Position numbers and translations under genes: made by a program. A model generated the notes under the pieces. That model worked only from the letters and a program-made list of their open reading frames with translations. It was not told the origin of the DNA and ran no database searches. Shown piece after piece: positions 60,288 through 64,000 of a stretch of 64,000 nucleotides of DNA (position 1 is its first letter; each line of letters opens with the position of its first letter). This DNA comes from Squalus acanthias (lineage: Eukaryota), in the NCBI GenBank assembly GCA_030390025.1, contig CM059432.1, positions 98,272,001 to 98,336,000 on the forward strand, given 5' to 3'.

Positions 60288-61404
60288 TGTAGGGGTGGTG
60301 GTGGTAGGGGTCAGCCTTTCCCCTGACTCAGTGAGCGGTTCGAATCGCTCCCACTCCCCAGGTTCAGACCTTGGACTTATTTAGGGGTTGTGAATAAAGA
60401 TGCAGTAGACAACAGGTTCCGATGAAAGAATTTTGGCTTTTATTCAAAGTAAAAGGTAACAAACTTAAAACACACTTCACACTTAAACAGGTTGGGGAAC
60501 ACACGGTACAGCGAGGGAGAAGGACAATATACAAAACCCTTATCCCTCCCAAGAATCCCACTTTCTAGCTAGGTTTTTGGTTTCAGGAGATCAGGGATAA
60601 TGCTCACCAATGAATCCTTGACAGGATTTTGAGTCTTTTGATTAAAACATTTCGTAAGGCCCTTGTTGCTGCGAGGTGTCTGATGGTCACTGAGGCAGTC
60701 GCTCTGGTTTCTTCTTGTGTGATGGTCTGTTTGTTGGCCTCCTCCTTCCTCCTCGTGGCTTGTGGTGTCTTTTGCTGGAGCAGGGCTGAGAGAGAGAGAG
60801 AGAGAGAGAGAGAGCTGTTCCAGCGTTGTCAGCGAGTCCAAAAAGAGAGCGAGTCTTGGGTCAGGCTGCAATTATATAGTCCTTTCCGCGCCCAAAACTC
60901 CTTACTAAAGCGGTTTCGTGCTGAAGTGATTGGTTTCAGTTGAAACCTGTACATTCCATTGTCTTGTTAAGTTTGGATGGGGCTTCAACTATGCTAAACC
61001 AAATCAAATCCTGGTCAATTGAAAGACCTCGTTACCAGTAACGGCTTTTTTACTGAGTCAAATGGCTTGCATCCTGTCGATCTGTTGTTTTATTGGAGTT
61101 TGCATTGTCCTCATGTTTTGGGTATCTTGCTGGGCCTAGCATTCCTATCTTTATGCGTCTCTTTTAATGGGTTCTGTGTTTTGGGTGGGGCGGCCTTCTC
61201 CCAGGGCCTATTGTCCAAATGTTAATGTTTGTTGGGGCTTGAATTCCCAGACAATGCAATACCCAAAACTGCTATTTACAGAGGTTGACCCACATGCTGT
61301 GCAGCCTCCTCTTCCTTACATGTCCAGACATGTTCTTTTAAAGTTCCAAAGTCCTTATTTTTTTCCTTAGATTTTGGGGATCTGCAAATTTTGGAAACTT
61401 TACA
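60288..61404 (-). repeat. 5' LTR (1117 bp)
   Basis: - strand TGTAAAGTTTCC...ACCCCTACA; TATATAA at 60872-60878; (CT)n run; AATAAA at 60439-60444. Confidence 0.97.
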
Positions 61405-61854
61405 GCTCTCTCTCTATATATATAATATATATATTAAACTGGGTAGATTATCTCAGATGGGTTTAATGATCTCATATACATATCTTATGATCTTATGACC
61501 TTCTGCCTAAACTAACTAAACCAAATCAATCATGTAAAGGAAAGCAGGTTAGCTTATATGGGATCCTCATAAACTAAAACACATGCCTTTAATTCACCAC
61601 AGTGCATGATTCAATTTTTCAAGGTTGAACAATTAATTAACCTCTGCTCAGGAGCTGATGTGGGAAGCCCATTATGTTCACATGGCCAGAGCACAAAGCA
61701 AGCAAACTATAACTACTTAGTCAAATTTATTTACAGATGAAATAATATACAGAAACAAAAAGACAGTTTTTCTAAAAAGAATTAAAAAATGTACTGTTTA
61801 TGAACTAATTGAAAAACAGAAAAGTACGCAAACATTTTTAAAGTTCTTCTCAAC

Positions 61855-62033
61855 ATGGTTTTATGAAAGGGAAATCGTGTTTAACAAATTTATTAGAAGT
61901 TTTTGAGGGTGCAACTGGCAGGGCAGATAAAGGGGAACCAGTGGATGTAGTATATTTGGATTTCCAAAAGGCATTCGATAAGGTGCCACATAAAAGATTG
62001 CTACGCAAGATAAGGGCTCATGGGATTGGAGGT
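61855..62033 (+). mobile_element. CR1 RT fragment
   Basis: KGKSCLTNLLE...YLDFQKAFDKVPHKRL. Confidence 0.85.
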
Positions 62034-64000
62034 CATAGAAACATAGAAACATAGAAGATAGGAGCAGGAGTAGGCCATTCGGCCCCTCGAGCCTGTTCTG
62101 CCATTTAATGAGATCATGACTGATCATCCAAATTCAGTATCCCGTCCCTGCTTTCTCTCCATATCCCTTGATCCCTTTAGCCTTAAGAAATATATCTAAC
62201 TCCTTCTTGAATATATTTAATGAATTGGCCTCAACTGCCTTCTGTGGTAGAGAATTCCAGAGGTTCACCACTCTCTGGGTGAAGAAATTCCTCCTCATCT
62301 CAGTCCTAAATGGCTTACCCCTTATCCTTAGACTGTGACCCCTGGTTCTGGACTCCCCCGCCATCAGGAACAACCTTCCTGCATCTAGTCTGTCTAGTCC
62401 TGTTAGAATATGATAATTTTCAATGAGATCCCCTCTCATTCTTCTAAACTCTAGCAAATACAAGCCCAATCGACCCAATCTCTCTTCATACGTCATTTCT
62501 GCCATCCCAGGTATCAGTCTGGTGAATCTTCGCTGCACTCCCTCCATGGCAAGAACATCCTTCCTCAGATAAGGCGACCAAAACTGCACACAATACTCAA
62601 GGTGTGGTCTCACCAAGGCCCTGTACAACTGCAGCAAGACATCCTTGCTCCTGTACTCAAATCCTCTCACTATGAAGGCCAACATACCATTTGCCTTCTT
62701 AACCACCTGCTGCACCTGCATGCTTACCTTCAGCGACTGGTGCACAAGGACACCCAGGTCTCATTGCACTTCCCCTTCTCCCAATCTATTGCTGTTCAGA
62801 TAATAATCTGCCTTTCTGTTTTTGCCACCAAAGTGGATAACCTCGCATTTATTCACATTATATTGCATCTGCCATGCATCTGCCCAATCACCCAGCCTGT
62901 CCAAATCATAATGGAGTTTCTCTGCATCCTCCTCACAGCACACACGCCCACCCAGCTTTGTGTCGTCTGCAAACTTGGAGATATTACATCTAGTTCCCTC
63001 GTCTAGATCATTAATATATATTGTGAATATCTGGGGTCCTAGCACCGATCCCTGCGGTACCCCACTAGTTACTGCCTGCCACTCGGAAAAAGACCCATTT
63101 ATTCCAACTCTTTGCTTCCTGTCTGCCAACCAGTTCTCTATCCAAGTCAGTACCTTACCCCCAATCCCATGTGCTTTAACTTTGCACGCTAATCTCTTAT
63201 GCGGGACCTTATCGAAAGCCTTCTGAAAGTCAAATATACCACATCCACTGGTTCTCCCTTATCTATTCTACCAATTACATCCTCAAAAAATTCCAGTAGA
63301 TTAGTCAAGCATGATTTACCTTTTGTAAATCCATGTTGACTTTGTCCGATCCTGTCACTGTTTTCCACGTGCTCTGCTATTACATCTTTTATAATGGACT
63401 CTAGCATTTTCCCCACTACCGATGTCAGGCTTACCGGTCTATAATTCCCAGTTTTCTCTCTACCACCATTTTTTAAATAGTGGGGTTACATTAGCTACCC
63501 TCCAATCCATGGGAACTGTGCCAGAGTCTAAAGAATTTTGGAAGATGACCAGCAATGCATCTACTATTTCTAGGGCCACTTCCTTATGTACACTAGGATG
63601 TAGATTATCAGGCTCTGGGGATTTATCGGCCTTCAATCCCTTCAATTTCCCTAACACCATTTCCCTACAAATACTGATTTCATTCAGTTCCTCCCTCTCA
63701 TTAGACCCTATGTTCCCTGACATTTCTGGGAGGTTATTTGTGTCCTCCTTTGTGAAGACAGAACCAAAGTATGTATTTAATTGGTCTGCCATTTCTTTGT
63801 TCCCCATTATAAATTCCCCTGATTCTGACTGCAAGGGACCTATGCTTGACTTCACCAATCTTTTTCTCTTCACATATCTATAGAAGCTTTTACAATCAGT
63901 TTTTATGTTCCCTGCAAGCTTACTGTCATACTCTATTTTCCCCCTCTTAATTAATCCCTTTGTCCTCCTTTGCTGAATCCGAAACTGCTCCCAATCAGGT
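62034..64000 (-). mobile_element. Young CR1 LINE (runs off the window)
   Basis: RT ORF pieces 62134-63873; CATAGAAA tail; near-identical to 16981-19429 without the MITE. Confidence 0.95.

Larger units (their letters stand above)
53542..61404 (-). mobile_element. Complete LTR element / endogenous retrovirus-like provirus with gag, a gag-derived ORF and env, lacking pol
   Basis: Two LTRs with TG..CA ends; GCTC duplication (53538-53541, 61405-61408); PBS and PPT; gag and env on - strand; no protease, RT, RNase H or integrase motif in between. Confidence 0.95.

Overview
Vertebrate genomic DNA made almost entirely of transposable elements. The repeat complement (CR1/HER1-type LINEs with (CATAGAAA)n tails, DeuSINE/SacSINE1-like SINEs, a Penelope palindrome, many GC-rich PIF/Harbinger elements) points to a cartilaginous fish; this is an inference. 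No host protein-coding gene can be called with confidence. The main feature is a complete 7.86-kb LTR element on the minus strand (53542-61404; about 1.12-kb LTRs, roughly 97% identical by eye, TG..CA ends, GCTC target-site duplication, PBS, PPT). It has an intact 607-aa gag and no pol. The gag stop is UGA-CUAG, a read-through context, and leads in frame into a second, diverged gag-derived segment where pol should be. A splice acceptor precedes an env of about 780 codons (2 stops, 1 frameshift) made of signal peptide, Ig-like domain, furin site, Cys-rich class I fusion-like ectodomain and TM helix. Its U5 reads, on the antisense strand, as a tRNA-like fold, and that fold is kept with a compensatory change in a divergent solo LTR at 31827-33259. 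The window also has three decayed two-gene Harbinger transposons, many Harbinger MITEs, a four-level nested insertion, an RTE LINE with a 5' inversion and a 580-bp flanking duplication, and a Penelope palindrome with hammerhead ribozyme cores on both strands.
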